A stretch of DNA of 64,000 bases from Bacteroidota bacterium (GCA_047947195.1 CP170458.1:2727122-2791121); one strand, 5' to 3'; counted from the stretch's first letter, positions 20,259-30,690 are shown. Numbers and translations: made by a program. Notes: generated by a model not told the origin, from the sequence alone.

Positions 20259-21941
20259 TCAACTCCGGAGGTAGTTGTTAATTCGCTCAAGCTCATTAAC
20301 AATATCAGATTTTTTATCTTCAAAATCCGCTAGAAATTTAGATAGTTTTTTTTCCAATCTGCTAAAATCTTCATTTTTCCCAATAATCTCCAAGTCCTTC
20401 ATTGATTCCGCATATTCAGGAAGCCCCACCATCGCAAAATTTGGTTTAATCTTATGAGCGAGTGAAGTAAAGGATTCTATATCCATCGCTGAATAATAAT
20501 CCCTTAACCTTTTGAGCTCTGCATCAATGTTTTTAAGAAAAATATTGAACATCAATCCAGCTCGCTCTATATCATCTCCATAAAATGAATTCAGATAATC
20601 TGTATTCAAAGTATTTGAAAACTGATAGCCATATGATATTTGATCAAGAGGTCTATCGGGTTCCACAAATGTTCCTTTTTCTTTCAAATCCAACTTATTA
20701 AGCATTTCTCTCAACTGGTCCGGGGAGAAAGGTTTAGGTAAGTGATAATTCATCCCTACTTCCAACGCCTTTGCTTGTTCATCCACTAATGCAGACGCCG
20801 TAAGGGCAATGATTGGGACATTTTGATTGGGGTTTATGGATTGGTTTCTCAATCTAATAGTGGTTTCATAGCCATCCATCACTGGCATCCTGATATCCAT
20901 CAGGATAAGATCATATTTACTACGCTCTGTTAATTCCAAAGCCTCCCTGCCATTACCAGCTACATCGTATTGTATACTCCATTTTTCAAGTAGCCAGGTC
21001 AGGTATTGTTGGTTAATCTTATTATCCTCAACAATCAATACTCGATCCAGACTTACTTCGCCCTCTGGCATATGCTGGGCTTCAGGAATAATGAGATTTT
21101 CATTATCAACCTGCTTGAGACATAATGTGAACGTAAAAGTTGAACCTTTGCCTTCAGTGCTTCTCACCGATATTTCACCATCGTAAAGAGATATCAGCCT
21201 CTTTACAATAGACAAACCCAGACCTGTACCTCCATATTTCAATTTTGTTTCGAGTCCACCTTGCTTGAATGCTTCAAAAATGGTCGAAAGTTGACTTTTT
21301 GGAATCCCTATGCCCATATCCTCAATTTCAAATTCGGCTGTGATAATTTTCTCATCTGCCTCCAATAATCTTGCTGATATTTTTATTGTACCTTTTTCAG
21401 TAAACTTGACAGCATTACTAATGAGATTCAGAAAGATCTGATTGATCACTGTTGGGTCAGCCCGATAAAATCCCCTTAGATTATCATCCAGATTAATGGC
21501 GAAGTTTAAATCGTGGTCATGTGTTTTGAAGGTATAAGTTTGTACAACCGCTTTGATTACTTCGGTAATATCAATCACCCGCTCATTGAGCTCAATATTT
21601 CCTGACTCGATCTTTGAAAGATCCAGAATATCGGCAATTAGACTCATCAAAACATCCGCAGAGTACTTGATATTGTTTACATATTCAAATTGCTCAGGAG
21701 ACAATTTGGTATCATATAGTAAATTGATCAGACCAACGATGGCATTGATTGGATTCCTGATCTCATGACTCATATTCGCCAAAAACTGTTTTTCAGGATC
21801 TAGGTGACTGGTTGAAAACTCTTTACTTTTTCTGAGCTCCAACTCAGCTTTCTGCCTCTTTTCCTTTTCTTCCTTTAAAATTGCCTGTAGTCGTTCAAGC
21901 TCTTTTTCCAGCTCTGATATGCCCTGTTTAGACTTTGCCAT
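20259..21941 (-). CDS. Cytoplasmic hybrid sensor histidine kinase (coiled-coil, HisKA, HATPase, REC, Hpt).
   Basis: It has an H-box (MSHEIRNPINAI), a G-box (GGTGLGLSI), a receiver (LIVEDN...LILMDIRMPVMDG) and a C-terminal Hpt-like helix. No transmembrane segment is present. Confidence 0.85.
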   Translation of the reverse strand: MAKSKQGISELEKELERLQAILKEEKEKRQKAELELRKSKEFSTSHLDPEKQFLANMSHEIRNPINAIVGLINLLYDTKLSPEQFEYVNNIKYSADVLMSLIADILDLSKIESGNIELNERVIDITEVIKAVVQTYTFKTHDHDLNFAINLDDNLRGFYRADPTVINQIFLNLISNAVKFTEKGTIKISARLLEADEKIITAEFEIEDMGIGIPKSQLSTIFEAFKQGGLETKLKYGGTGLGLSIVKRLISLYDGEISVRSTEGKGSTFTFTLCLKQVDNENLIIPEAQHMPEGEVSLDRVLIVEDNKINQQYLTWLLEKWSIQYDVAGNGREALELTERSKYDLILMDIRMPVMDGYETTIRLRNQSINPNQNVPIIALTASALVDEQAKALEVGMNYHLPKPFSPDQLREMLNKLDLKEKGTFVEPDRPLDQISYGYQFSNTLNTDYLNSFYGDDIERAGLMFNIFLKNIDAELKRLRDYYSAMDIESFTSLAHKIKPNFAMVGLPEYAESMKDLEIIGKNEDFSRLEKKLSKFLADFEDKKSDIVNELERINNYLRS

Positions 21942-22049
21942 ATATTAAACCGGTGGTGTCCGGCAAGATGAAAATAATTTAAATCAAATAATTTTTAATA
22001 CCCTATTATAATCCACTTATCTTGAAACCAACTTTACAAAGTTAGTTGG

Positions 22050-22553
22050 ATGAAAATTGGCCTTATTTCTGACACCCATTCCAATCTGGATGAAAATGTG
22101 TTCCAGTATTTCTCGTCGTGTGATGAAATATGGCATGCGGGGGATATTGGTAATATTGATATCCTCGAAAACCTAGAATCTTTCAAACCCACTGTGGCCG
22201 TGTGGGGAAATATTGATGATCATAAGGTAAGAGCTGCAACTAAAGAATACCAGCTTTTGGAAAGAGAACAAAAGAAGACCCTCATCATTCATATTGCCGG
22301 AAAGCCTCCTCGATACAATACGCAGGTCAGAACCCTGATCAAAAAATATCAACCAGATATTCTCGTTTGTGGTCATTCCCACCTCCTTAAAATTGAAAAA
22401 GACTCAGTCAATAACCTGCTTTTTATTAATCCGGGAGCTGCCGGCATTCACGGTTTTCATCGGGTTAAGACACTTGTCAGGTTCGATCTTTTTCAGGGTG
22501 CCATTTCGAACATGGAAGTCATTGAACTGGGCAAGCGAGGGAAATTGACCTAA
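22050..22553 (+). CDS. YfcE-like metallophosphoesterase.
   Basis: It carries the calcineurin-like motifs GLISDTH, GDIGN and GHSH. Confidence 0.8.
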   Translation: MKIGLISDTHSNLDENVFQYFSSCDEIWHAGDIGNIDILENLESFKPTVAVWGNIDDHKVRAATKEYQLLEREQKKTLIIHIAGKPPRYNTQVRTLIKKYQPDILVCGHSHLLKIEKDSVNNLLFINPGAAGIHGFHRVKTLVRFDLFQGAISNMEVIELGKRGKLT

Positions 22554-24193
22554 TTACCCTCCCTGATTGATTTGAATTCTGAACCAGATTTCCATTTTGG
22601 TCTTAGCTCTGAATTGGCTAGCTTTTTTCCCAATAGATAAAAGAGTTCGGTATCCTGTAATATAGTTCCAAACTGCCAATCTGAATTTGCCAATGTATAT
22701 TCATCTGCCGGTTGATGGTAAGCATGCTCCCTGTAAGCGTCATTAACTTTAGTAGCTCGCTCTTCTCCACCAACGACTGCTACTGACCCACCCTCAGCAT
22801 AAAATGCGGGTATGCCGATCTTTGCAAACTCAAAGTGATCAGATCTGAAAAAATATCCTTTCTCTGGTTCCGGGTTTGGCTGGATGTAACGATCCTGTTT
22901 TTTAGCTATCTCCTCAGCTAGATCTTCCAATTCAGACTGGCCATAGCCTATGACTGTAAGATCTTTGGAAAATCCCACAGTACTAATGGCATCCATATTC
23001 AGCACCGCTATTGTATTGTTCGGAGGATATATGGGATGTTCAGCATAATATTTGGAGCCAAGTAGTCCTTGTTCCTCTGCTGTAACAGATAAAAATACTA
23101 CTGTGCGATCCGGGTTGGGATTGTCTCGCTTAAATTCCCTGGCAATCTCCATCAATGCCGCAACCCCGGTGGCATTGTCCCTTGCTCCATTGTAAATAGA
23201 GTCACCATCTATGACAGGACCAACTCCCAGGTGGTCCCAATGTGCCGTGTAAATAATTACTTCATCGGCATTCTTTTTACCTTCAATCTTCCCAATGACA
23301 TTTTGAGACATATTCCGCTTAATCTTGCTGTTTATCTCAAGTGATGCACTCAATTCCAATGCAACAGGTTTAAACCCAGGTGTTCTTGATCGCTCCAGGA
23401 AGTTTTTCATATCAACTGGTGACGACTCAAATATCTTAATCGCCGCATCCCGAGTAATCCAACCCTGAACAGCTGGCAAATATTGATCAGGATCTTTTTC
23501 AAGGTACAGTTGAGCTCCTGTCCAGCTATTTCTGACCACCATCCATGGATATCCGGCTGGAGCTGTATCATGAATGATCAATAGACCTGCTGCCCCCTGC
23601 CTGGCAGCTTCTTCATATTTGTAAGTCCATCGACCATAATAGGTCATTGTCTGACCTTTGAAAAAAGTAGAGTCCTTAGATCCAAAACCAGGATCATTTA
23701 CTAAAACCAGGACTGTTTTACCTTTTACATCTAATCCCTCATAGTCATTCCAATTGTATTCTGGAGCAACAATACCAAAACCAGCAAAAACAAGTTCAGA
23801 TGCATCTATTGAAGCTTTTTCTGCAACGATCTCTGACCAGGCGACAAATTCAGAGCCTCGATTCAACTCAATTCTACCGTTTGGACCATTAATAGATAGT
23901 TTTTCATCCGGATAGGGATCTATTTCAACCAGGGGAACTGCCTGAAAATAACTATCTCCATTGCCAGGCGACAGCCCAATTGTTTTAAAACTGGTCTCTA
24001 GAAAATCAAGGGTTTTCCTTTCTCCTTCTGTAAAGGGTTTTCGACCCAAAAACTGATCTGATGCAAGTATTTCAACATCTTTGGATATTTGGATAGTATC
24101 AATACCCGTTAGCTTTTGATTCCCGGTAGGATTATTTGTACATGAAACCACCACCACACCTAAAGCCAATAAACCATTGATATAATTTTTCAT
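22550..24193 (-). CDS. M28-family zinc aminopeptidase with a PA domain, secreted.
   Basis: It has a signal peptide and the M28 metal-binding block HWDHLG...DNATG...EEQGLLGS. Confidence 0.8.
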   Translation of the reverse strand: MKNYINGLLALGVVVVSCTNNPTGNQKLTGIDTIQISKDVEILASDQFLGRKPFTEGERKTLDFLETSFKTIGLSPGNGDSYFQAVPLVEIDPYPDEKLSINGPNGRIELNRGSEFVAWSEIVAEKASIDASELVFAGFGIVAPEYNWNDYEGLDVKGKTVLVLVNDPGFGSKDSTFFKGQTMTYYGRWTYKYEEAARQGAAGLLIIHDTAPAGYPWMVVRNSWTGAQLYLEKDPDQYLPAVQGWITRDAAIKIFESSPVDMKNFLERSRTPGFKPVALELSASLEINSKIKRNMSQNVIGKIEGKKNADEVIIYTAHWDHLGVGPVIDGDSIYNGARDNATGVAALMEIAREFKRDNPNPDRTVVFLSVTAEEQGLLGSKYYAEHPIYPPNNTIAVLNMDAISTVGFSKDLTVIGYGQSELEDLAEEIAKKQDRYIQPNPEPEKGYFFRSDHFEFAKIGIPAFYAEGGSVAVVGGEERATKVNDAYREHAYHQPADEYTLANSDWQFGTILQDTELFYLLGKKLANSELRPKWKSGSEFKSIREGN

Positions 24194-24290
24194 AGGATGC
24201 CTTTTGTAAGAAACTTTTCCAAGTATAATTTGTCTTAATTAAAATAACTTTATCAACTCGTAAAAATCCAATAGTACAAATACAACCACT

Positions 24291-25919
24291 ATGCTAACGC
24301 GACTGTTTATACCATTTATTGTCTCAGTATTATTTCTTGCCTGTTCCCAACCTGTTCCTACTGAAAATGAAAAAGTAGAAGAATCATTCTCATTCATTGA
24401 TTACACAAAGGTCAGGCTAACAACCGATATCTCTCAATTGAAGGAGAATGAAAAGAAGATGATCCCCCTGATGATCGAAGCTGCCAAAATTATGGATGAA
24501 CTTTTCTGGTACGAATCTTATGGGAAGGGGGATTCACTCCTTGATGCTACAAGTAACGAAAGCCTAAAGTCTTACATCACTATCAATTACGGACCATGGG
24601 ACAGATTGCAGGATTTTCAATCATTTGTTCCGGGTATCGGAGAAAAGCCTGCAGGAGCCAACTTCTATCCATGGAATATTACAAAGGAGGAGTTTGAAGC
24701 CTTTGATGACCCAAATAAAACAAGTCTATACACCTTTATTAGAAGAGACCAAAGCGGTAGACTTTACTCAATACCATACTATGAGATGTTTCCCGAAAAG
24801 ATCAAAAAAGCAGCAGATCTGGTTCAGCAGTGTGCTGACCTGGCTGAAGATCCAGGGCTCAAAAAATATCTCACACTGCGTTCACAGGCCCTATTGACAG
24901 ATGATTATCAACCCAGCGATTTCGCCTGGATGGATATGAAGACCAATGGACTTGATCTGGTTATCGGCCCTATTGAAAACTATGAAGATAAATTATACAA
25001 TTATAAAGCTGCTCATGAAGCCTATGTATTAGTAAAGGATAAAGAATGGAGCAGCCGACTGGACAAATACACCACCGTCTTGCCAGACCTCCAAAAAGGA
25101 TTGCCGGTCCCAGATGCTTATAAGCAGGAAAAACCTGGAAGTGAAGCAGATCTTAATGCATACGATGTTGTTTATTATGCTGGAGACTGTAATTCCGGAG
25201 CCAAAACAATAGCCATCAATTTGCCAAATGATGAAGAAGTACAGCTCGAAAAAGGCTCCAGAAGATTACAGCTCAAAAATGCAATAAAAGCCAAATTTGA
25301 TGGGATCCTTTTACCCATTGCAGATGAGTTGATTGTAGAAGATCAACGAAAGTATATCACCTTCAATGCCTTCTTCAGTAACATCATGTTTCATGAAGTG
25401 GCTCATGGACTGGGGATTAAAAATACCATTAATGGAAATGGAACAGTAAGGAAAGCCCTAAAAGAACATTCTGGTGCCATCGAAGAAGGCAAGGCAGATA
25501 TTTTAGGACTTTACATGATCACCCAACTATTAGCATCGGGTGATCTTGAAGGTCAAATTGAAGAGTATTATACAGCTTTCATGGCAGGTATTTTCAGGTC
25601 CGTGCGATTTGGTGCAGGAGATGCCCATGGAATTGCAAACATGATCCGATTTAATTTCTTCCTGGACCAAGGTGCTTTTAAAAGAACGGAAGAGGGAAAG
25701 TACCGCATTGATTTTGACAAAATGGCTGAAGCTTCAACCGCCTTGTCTCAAAAAATACTTACTCTTCAGGGTGATGGAGACTACGAAGCCGTAGATCTAT
25801 TAGTCAAAGAAAAAGGAGTGATCAGCCCAATTCTGCAAAATGATCTGGACAGATTACGAGATAAAAATATCCCAGTCGATGTAGTATTTGAGCAGGGGGC
25901 AGAAGTACTCGGTCTATAA
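24291..25919 (+). CDS. Lipoprotein zinc hydrolase of the DPP III (M49)-like family.
   Basis: The lipobox is LFLAC. HEVAHGLG plus a downstream EEGKAD second zinc motif resembles the split M49 metal site. Confidence 0.5.
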   Translation: MLTRLFIPFIVSVLFLACSQPVPTENEKVEESFSFIDYTKVRLTTDISQLKENEKKMIPLMIEAAKIMDELFWYESYGKGDSLLDATSNESLKSYITINYGPWDRLQDFQSFVPGIGEKPAGANFYPWNITKEEFEAFDDPNKTSLYTFIRRDQSGRLYSIPYYEMFPEKIKKAADLVQQCADLAEDPGLKKYLTLRSQALLTDDYQPSDFAWMDMKTNGLDLVIGPIENYEDKLYNYKAAHEAYVLVKDKEWSSRLDKYTTVLPDLQKGLPVPDAYKQEKPGSEADLNAYDVVYYAGDCNSGAKTIAINLPNDEEVQLEKGSRRLQLKNAIKAKFDGILLPIADELIVEDQRKYITFNAFFSNIMFHEVAHGLGIKNTINGNGTVRKALKEHSGAIEEGKADILGLYMITQLLASGDLEGQIEEYYTAFMAGIFRSVRFGAGDAHGIANMIRFNFFLDQGAFKRTEEGKYRIDFDKMAEASTALSQKILTLQGDGDYEAVDLLVKEKGVISPILQNDLDRLRDKNIPVDVVFEQGAEVLGL

Positions 25920-25967
25920 ATTGAACATTACGGGATGTTTATGTGTATATTTATAAAAAATATACAC

Positions 25968-26159
25968 ATGCGTACAAATGTAATTATCAGTGACGAACTG
26001 ATGAATAAAGCAAAAAAGGCATCCGGATTAAAAACCAAGAAAGCAGTAATTGAGAAAGCGCTGCAAACATTAATAAAGCTTAATGAGCAGTCTAAGATAA
26101 AGTCGCTTAGAGGTAAAATAAAATGGGAAGGTAACCTTGATGAAATGCGTGCAACATGA
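25968..26159 (+). CDS. vapB: Type II antitoxin, VapB-like (DUF2191-type).
   Basis: A 63 aa protein (MRTNVIISDELMNKAKKASGLKTKKAVIEKAL...). It overlaps the PIN-domain gene by ATGA. Confidence 0.7.
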   Translation: MRTNVIISDELMNKAKKASGLKTKKAVIEKALQTLIKLNEQSKIKSLRGKIKWEGNLDEMRAT

Positions 26160-26548
26160 AAATGGTTGTTGACACAAGTGTATGGATCAATTACTTTAAT
26201 GGAATAAATTCCCCAAAAACAGATTTATTACACAATGCTTTAGATCAATATGGGATTATTGTTGGAGACATTATCTTACTGGAAATTCTTCAGGGTATAA
26301 GGGATGACAAACAATTTCGGCTCACCAAATCTCTCCTGGAAGCTACAATTCTTGTTCAGATGATTAATCCTGAATTAGCCATAGAGTATGCGAATCATTA
26401 TCGAATACTCCGCAAAAAAGGGGTAACCATAAGAAAATCAAATGATATAATCATTGCTGGATATTGTATCAAAAACAATGTGCCCTTATTACAGCAGGAT
26501 AGGGATTTTATTCCATATGCAGATTTTTTTGGATTAGAACTACTTTGA
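26156..26548 (+). CDS. vapC: PIN-domain toxin VapC.
   Basis: It starts MVVDTSVWINYF and has conserved acidic residues with PIN spacing. Confidence 0.8.
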   Translation: MKMVVDTSVWINYFNGINSPKTDLLHNALDQYGIIVGDIILLEILQGIRDDKQFRLTKSLLEATILVQMINPELAIEYANHYRILRKKGVTIRKSNDIIIAGYCIKNNVPLLQQDRDFIPYADFFGLELL

Positions 26549-26549
26549 T

Positions 26550-26933
26550 ATGGATCTTAATGGAAATACAATCAATTGGTTAGAAATACCGGTTGAAGAC
26601 ATCGCACGGGCAAAAACATTTTACGAACAGGTATTTGAGATCACCATGATCGATTTGGATATTGGTGACGGAACAAAAATGGCTTTATTTCCAAATAACC
26701 AGGATAAAGTAAGTGGAGCCTTGGTTGAAAACCATGATTTTTATTTCCCTGGGGAACAAGGCCCTTTGATTTACCTTAATGCGAATCCTGACCTGCAGAA
26801 ATTTCTTGATCAGGTAGAAAAAGCGGGTGGGCAGATACTCATTCAAAAAAGGATGATCACTGAAGATTACGGATATATGGCAATTATCAGGGATACAGAA
26901 GGCAACAGAGTCGCATTACATTCAAATGCCTAG
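26550..26933 (+). CDS. VOC (glyoxalase/bleomycin-resistance) family protein.
   Basis: It has the 127 aa betaalphabetabetabeta arrangement, with INWLEIPVEDIARAKTFYEQVF at the N-terminus. Confidence 0.7.
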   Translation: MDLNGNTINWLEIPVEDIARAKTFYEQVFEITMIDLDIGDGTKMALFPNNQDKVSGALVENHDFYFPGEQGPLIYLNANPDLQKFLDQVEKAGGQILIQKRMITEDYGYMAIIRDTEGNRVALHSNA

Positions 26934-26995
26934 ACAAAATTTAGCTTCCAACGTCAAAGACTACTAACTTTACAGGACACATTAAATCATAATAT

Positions 26996-28201
26996 TTGAA
27001 ATTCTCTGAATTCGGTCTGGATCCTAAGCTGCTGGAAGGTATTGATGCGATAGGATTCAAAGATGCTACTCCCGTACAAGACCAAACCATTCCTCTCATA
27101 CTAGAAGGTAAAGATGTAATCGCTTCCGCTCAGACTGGCACAGGTAAAACAGCTGCGTTTCTATTGCCCATTTTGCATAAAATCATAAATGAACCGGAGC
27201 ACGAGTCGATCAAGGCTCTGATTGTGGTCCCCACGAGAGAATTGGCAGCGCAGATTGATCAACAACTGGAAGGTCTATCCTATTATACCTCTGTCAGCTC
27301 ATTGGCAGTTTATGGAGGAAATGATGGACAATCCTTTGAACGGGAAAAGAAAGCTATGACCGAAGGAGCTGATATTATTATTGGTACACCTGGTCGGCTC
27401 ATCGCGCACTTCAATATGAAGTATGTAAAAGTGCAGAAACTCAAATACCTTATTCTGGATGAAGCTGACAGAATGCTGGATATGGGATTTCATGAAGACA
27501 TTACCAGAATCATGTCTTTTCTCCCAAAAGAGCGACAATCTCTGCTATTCTCTGCAACCATGCCCCCGAAAATCCGGCAACTGGCAAAAATGATTCTTAA
27601 GGATCCAGAAGAAATAAATATAGCTATTTCCAAGGCTAATGAGAATATCGTTCAGGCAGCTTTTGTAGTTTATGCGTCTCAAAAAATTCCTTTATGCCAA
27701 CACGTCCTCAAAGCCGACTGGCTCAAAAGCGTCATTGTATTTTGTTCAACAAAGGACAGCGCGAAAGCATTGACAAGAGAGCTTAAAAAATCCAATATGT
27801 CTGTGGAAGACATCCATTCTGACCTTGATCAGAAAATGCGTGAAAAAGTCCTTGGTGATTTTAAAAATAAGAAATTAAAGATACTTGTTGCTACTGATAT
27901 CCTTTCTCGCGGAATAGATGTAGAAGATATCGACCTGGTTATCAACTATGATGTACCCAATGATGATGAAGACTATATCCATCGAATAGGGCGAACCGCC
28001 CGGGCTGCCAGAAAAGGGATGGCATTTACTTTCATTGATGAAAAATCACAGGGAAGGTTTCAATCTATAGAACGCTTACTGGGTGATCCAGTTCCAAAAG
28101 CCAAGATCCCTGAATATATTGGAGCTGGTCCGGCTTATGACCCAAAACCTGAAAGATCCGGCGGAAGATTCAAGGGCAAAAAGAGAAGTACCTCCAGGTA
28201 G
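26996..28201 (+). CDS. DEAD-box ATP-dependent RNA helicase.
   Basis: It carries the Q-motif, AQTGTGKT, DEAD, SAT and HRIGRTAR motifs. The start is a TTG immediately after an in-frame stop. Confidence 0.9.
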   Translation: MKFSEFGLDPKLLEGIDAIGFKDATPVQDQTIPLILEGKDVIASAQTGTGKTAAFLLPILHKIINEPEHESIKALIVVPTRELAAQIDQQLEGLSYYTSVSSLAVYGGNDGQSFEREKKAMTEGADIIIGTPGRLIAHFNMKYVKVQKLKYLILDEADRMLDMGFHEDITRIMSFLPKERQSLLFSATMPPKIRQLAKMILKDPEEINIAISKANENIVQAAFVVYASQKIPLCQHVLKADWLKSVIVFCSTKDSAKALTRELKKSNMSVEDIHSDLDQKMREKVLGDFKNKKLKILVATDILSRGIDVEDIDLVINYDVPNDDEDYIHRIGRTARAARKGMAFTFIDEKSQGRFQSIERLLGDPVPKAKIPEYIGAGPAYDPKPERSGGRFKGKKRSTSR

Positions 28202-28257
28202 CTATTTTGTCATTGATTCGGTATTGCATATTTTTAGTGAAATCAACCAATGGAGAT

Positions 28258-29607
28258 ATGAAAAACACTTTCTTGTTGGCTGTCATACTATTGGTAGCCT
28301 GTTCCTCAAAAAAAGATCAGAAAGAGGTAAGCCTATTAATTGAAAACGTCAATGTTGTTGATGTACGGGATGGAAGCATTTATCAAAATCATGATGTAGC
28401 TATAGACAATGGGATCATTGTAAATATTAGTCATCATTTGGAGTCAAAGTATACTGGAAAGACCACAATCAATGGTTTAGGTAAATACCTTATGCCGGGG
28501 TTAGCCGAAATGCATGCGCATATTCCTACTGAGACTTCCTGGGGTGGCAATGTGAAAAACACCTTGTTTTTATATGTTTCTCAGGGGGTGACTACTATAA
28601 GGGGTATGCAAGGGAATGAACTTCACTTAGAATTAAGAGATAAGGCACTAAAAAATGAAATCCTCAGCCCAAGAATATTCACCGCATCCCCTCCTCTGAA
28701 TGGCTCTACCGTAAAAACCAAAGAAGAAGCTGATGAGAAGGTTAGAAAATATAAAGCAGATGGATATGATTTATTAAAAATCTTACCTGGGATCAAACTG
28801 GAAGTTTTTGACCAGATTGTAGCTACAGCCAATGAAGTAGGTATCCCTTTTGCAGGACACGTCCCAGCTGAAGTCGGTATCAGACATGCATTAGAAAGCG
28901 GTTACGCATCAATAGATCATATGGATGGTTACTTAACCGGATTAGTGCCTGAAGAGATCACCAAAAATTCTGACGCTGGATTTTTTGGATATAACTATAC
29001 AAATCAGGCAGATCCAGGTAAAATGAACGGAATGGTTCAATTGACCAGCGAAAAAAAGGTTTGGGTGGTCCCGACACAGACTTTATTTACACGCTGGTTC
29101 TCACCAGGTAGCCCAGAGTCTTATGCCTCGCAACCTGAGATGAAATACATGCCTAAGGAAACGATCGAAAATTGGAAAGCGAGTAAAGCCCGAATGATTG
29201 AAGATGAAAATTACAGTGAAGAGCAGTGGAGAAAATTTAACACCCTACGTAATGTATTTCTCATGAAATTGCATTCATATGGACATGGATTACTACTCGG
29301 ATCAGATGCTCCCCAGGTATTTAATGTACCAGGATTTTCTATACATCATGAAATAAAAGATATGCTTGATGTTGGGCTTACCCCAATGGAAGTTATCCAA
29401 ATTGGAACCTTAAATCCTGCTATCTATTTTGGAATGGAAGGTCAATTTGGAGAGATTATTGAAAATGCCAGTGCTGACCTGATCCTGGTGAAGAAAAATC
29501 CATTAATAGACCCGGGTACCATTAAAAATCATTTGGGTGTAGTTGTTCGGGGACGTTGGTTGAGCCGGGAAGAAATTGATAAACAATTGGCAGAAATCGC
29601 CCAATGA
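28258..29607 (+). CDS. Amidohydrolase-family metal-dependent hydrolase (lipoprotein).
   Basis: The lipobox is LLVACS. It has the AEMHAHIP HxH motif and a C-terminal Asp. The start was set at the internal ATG that follows the signal peptide. Confidence 0.7.
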   Translation: MKNTFLLAVILLVACSSKKDQKEVSLLIENVNVVDVRDGSIYQNHDVAIDNGIIVNISHHLESKYTGKTTINGLGKYLMPGLAEMHAHIPTETSWGGNVKNTLFLYVSQGVTTIRGMQGNELHLELRDKALKNEILSPRIFTASPPLNGSTVKTKEEADEKVRKYKADGYDLLKILPGIKLEVFDQIVATANEVGIPFAGHVPAEVGIRHALESGYASIDHMDGYLTGLVPEEITKNSDAGFFGYNYTNQADPGKMNGMVQLTSEKKVWVVPTQTLFTRWFSPGSPESYASQPEMKYMPKETIENWKASKARMIEDENYSEEQWRKFNTLRNVFLMKLHSYGHGLLLGSDAPQVFNVPGFSIHHEIKDMLDVGLTPMEVIQIGTLNPAIYFGMEGQFGEIIENASADLILVKKNPLIDPGTIKNHLGVVVRGRWLSREEIDKQLAEIAQ

Positions 29608-30569
29608 AAGTTTTAGTCTCTCTGTATATTCCACAAGTGGGTATTGATCTTTTAGAGTCACACCCGGACCTGGAGGTTACGGTATGGGATAAAGATCGCT
29701 TGATGAACAGGGAGGAGTTGCTCAGCCTGGCAAAAGATCATGATGTCTTGTTGACTTCAGGCAACTATTTTATCAATGAAGAATTTGTAAAAGCTTGTCC
29801 AAGAGTCAAAATGATCTCCACCTTTTCTGTCGGATATGACAAAGCAGATCTCCAGGTCCTTAAAGCAAATAATATCGTGTTTGCCAATACCCCCGGTGCC
29901 ATGGTCGATGCGACAGCTGATGTGGCATTTATGCTGATGATTGCTGTAAGTAGAAAGATGATCTACATGTACAATATGATTCCCAAAGGAGAATGGAAAA
30001 TTCTGATGCCAAGAGAAAACCTGGGCCAGGAATTGAAGGGGAAAACATTAGGAATTTTCGGGATGGGACAAATAGGTGCTGAAATGGCTAGAAGATGTAA
30101 AGGTGCCTATCAAATGAAAGTGATTTATCATAACAGAAGCAGGAATCCAGAACTTGAAAAGGAATTGGATGCGGAATATGTCTCCTTTGACGAGCTCTTG
30201 AGGGTTAGTGATGTTATTTCTGCCCATTGTGCATTAACACAAGAAACTCGGGGTATTTTCAATAAAGAGGTCTTCAAAAAAATGAAAGCTACCTCAATCT
30301 TTGTCAACACTGCAAGAGGTGGTGTTCACAATGAAAATGATCTGATCGAAGCTTTACAGAATGGAACAATTTGGGGAGCAGGACTTGATGTTACAAACCC
30401 TGAACCAATGAAAGCGGACAACCCACTACTTTTTATGGAAAATGTGTGTGTATTACCTCACATCGGCTCTGCCACAGTGAAGGCCAGGGATGAGATGGCC
30501 AGGCTTGCCGCTATGAATATAATTCAGTTTGTTAGTGGAGAGAAAGTTACCAATCAAGTATTGCCCTGA
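29604..30569 (+). CDS. D-2-hydroxyacid dehydrogenase (glyoxylate/hydroxypyruvate reductase-like).
   Basis: It has the GxGxxG motif (GIFGMGQIG) and a catalytic His near the C-terminus. Confidence 0.8.
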   Translation: MKVLVSLYIPQVGIDLLESHPDLEVTVWDKDRLMNREELLSLAKDHDVLLTSGNYFINEEFVKACPRVKMISTFSVGYDKADLQVLKANNIVFANTPGAMVDATADVAFMLMIAVSRKMIYMYNMIPKGEWKILMPRENLGQELKGKTLGIFGMGQIGAEMARRCKGAYQMKVIYHNRSRNPELEKELDAEYVSFDELLRVSDVISAHCALTQETRGIFNKEVFKKMKATSIFVNTARGGVHNENDLIEALQNGTIWGAGLDVTNPEPMKADNPLLFMENVCVLPHIGSATVKARDEMARLAAMNIIQFVSGEKVTNQVLP

Positions 30570-30690
30570 TAGTTTTAAAAGTTCTTATACTTATCAATCT
30601 CCCGTTGTGGTCAACAAAAAATTTAGATAATTGAAGTATTATAGATCAAAAAGTAATATTTTGGACCTTAATAAACTTACCTAAATACAC

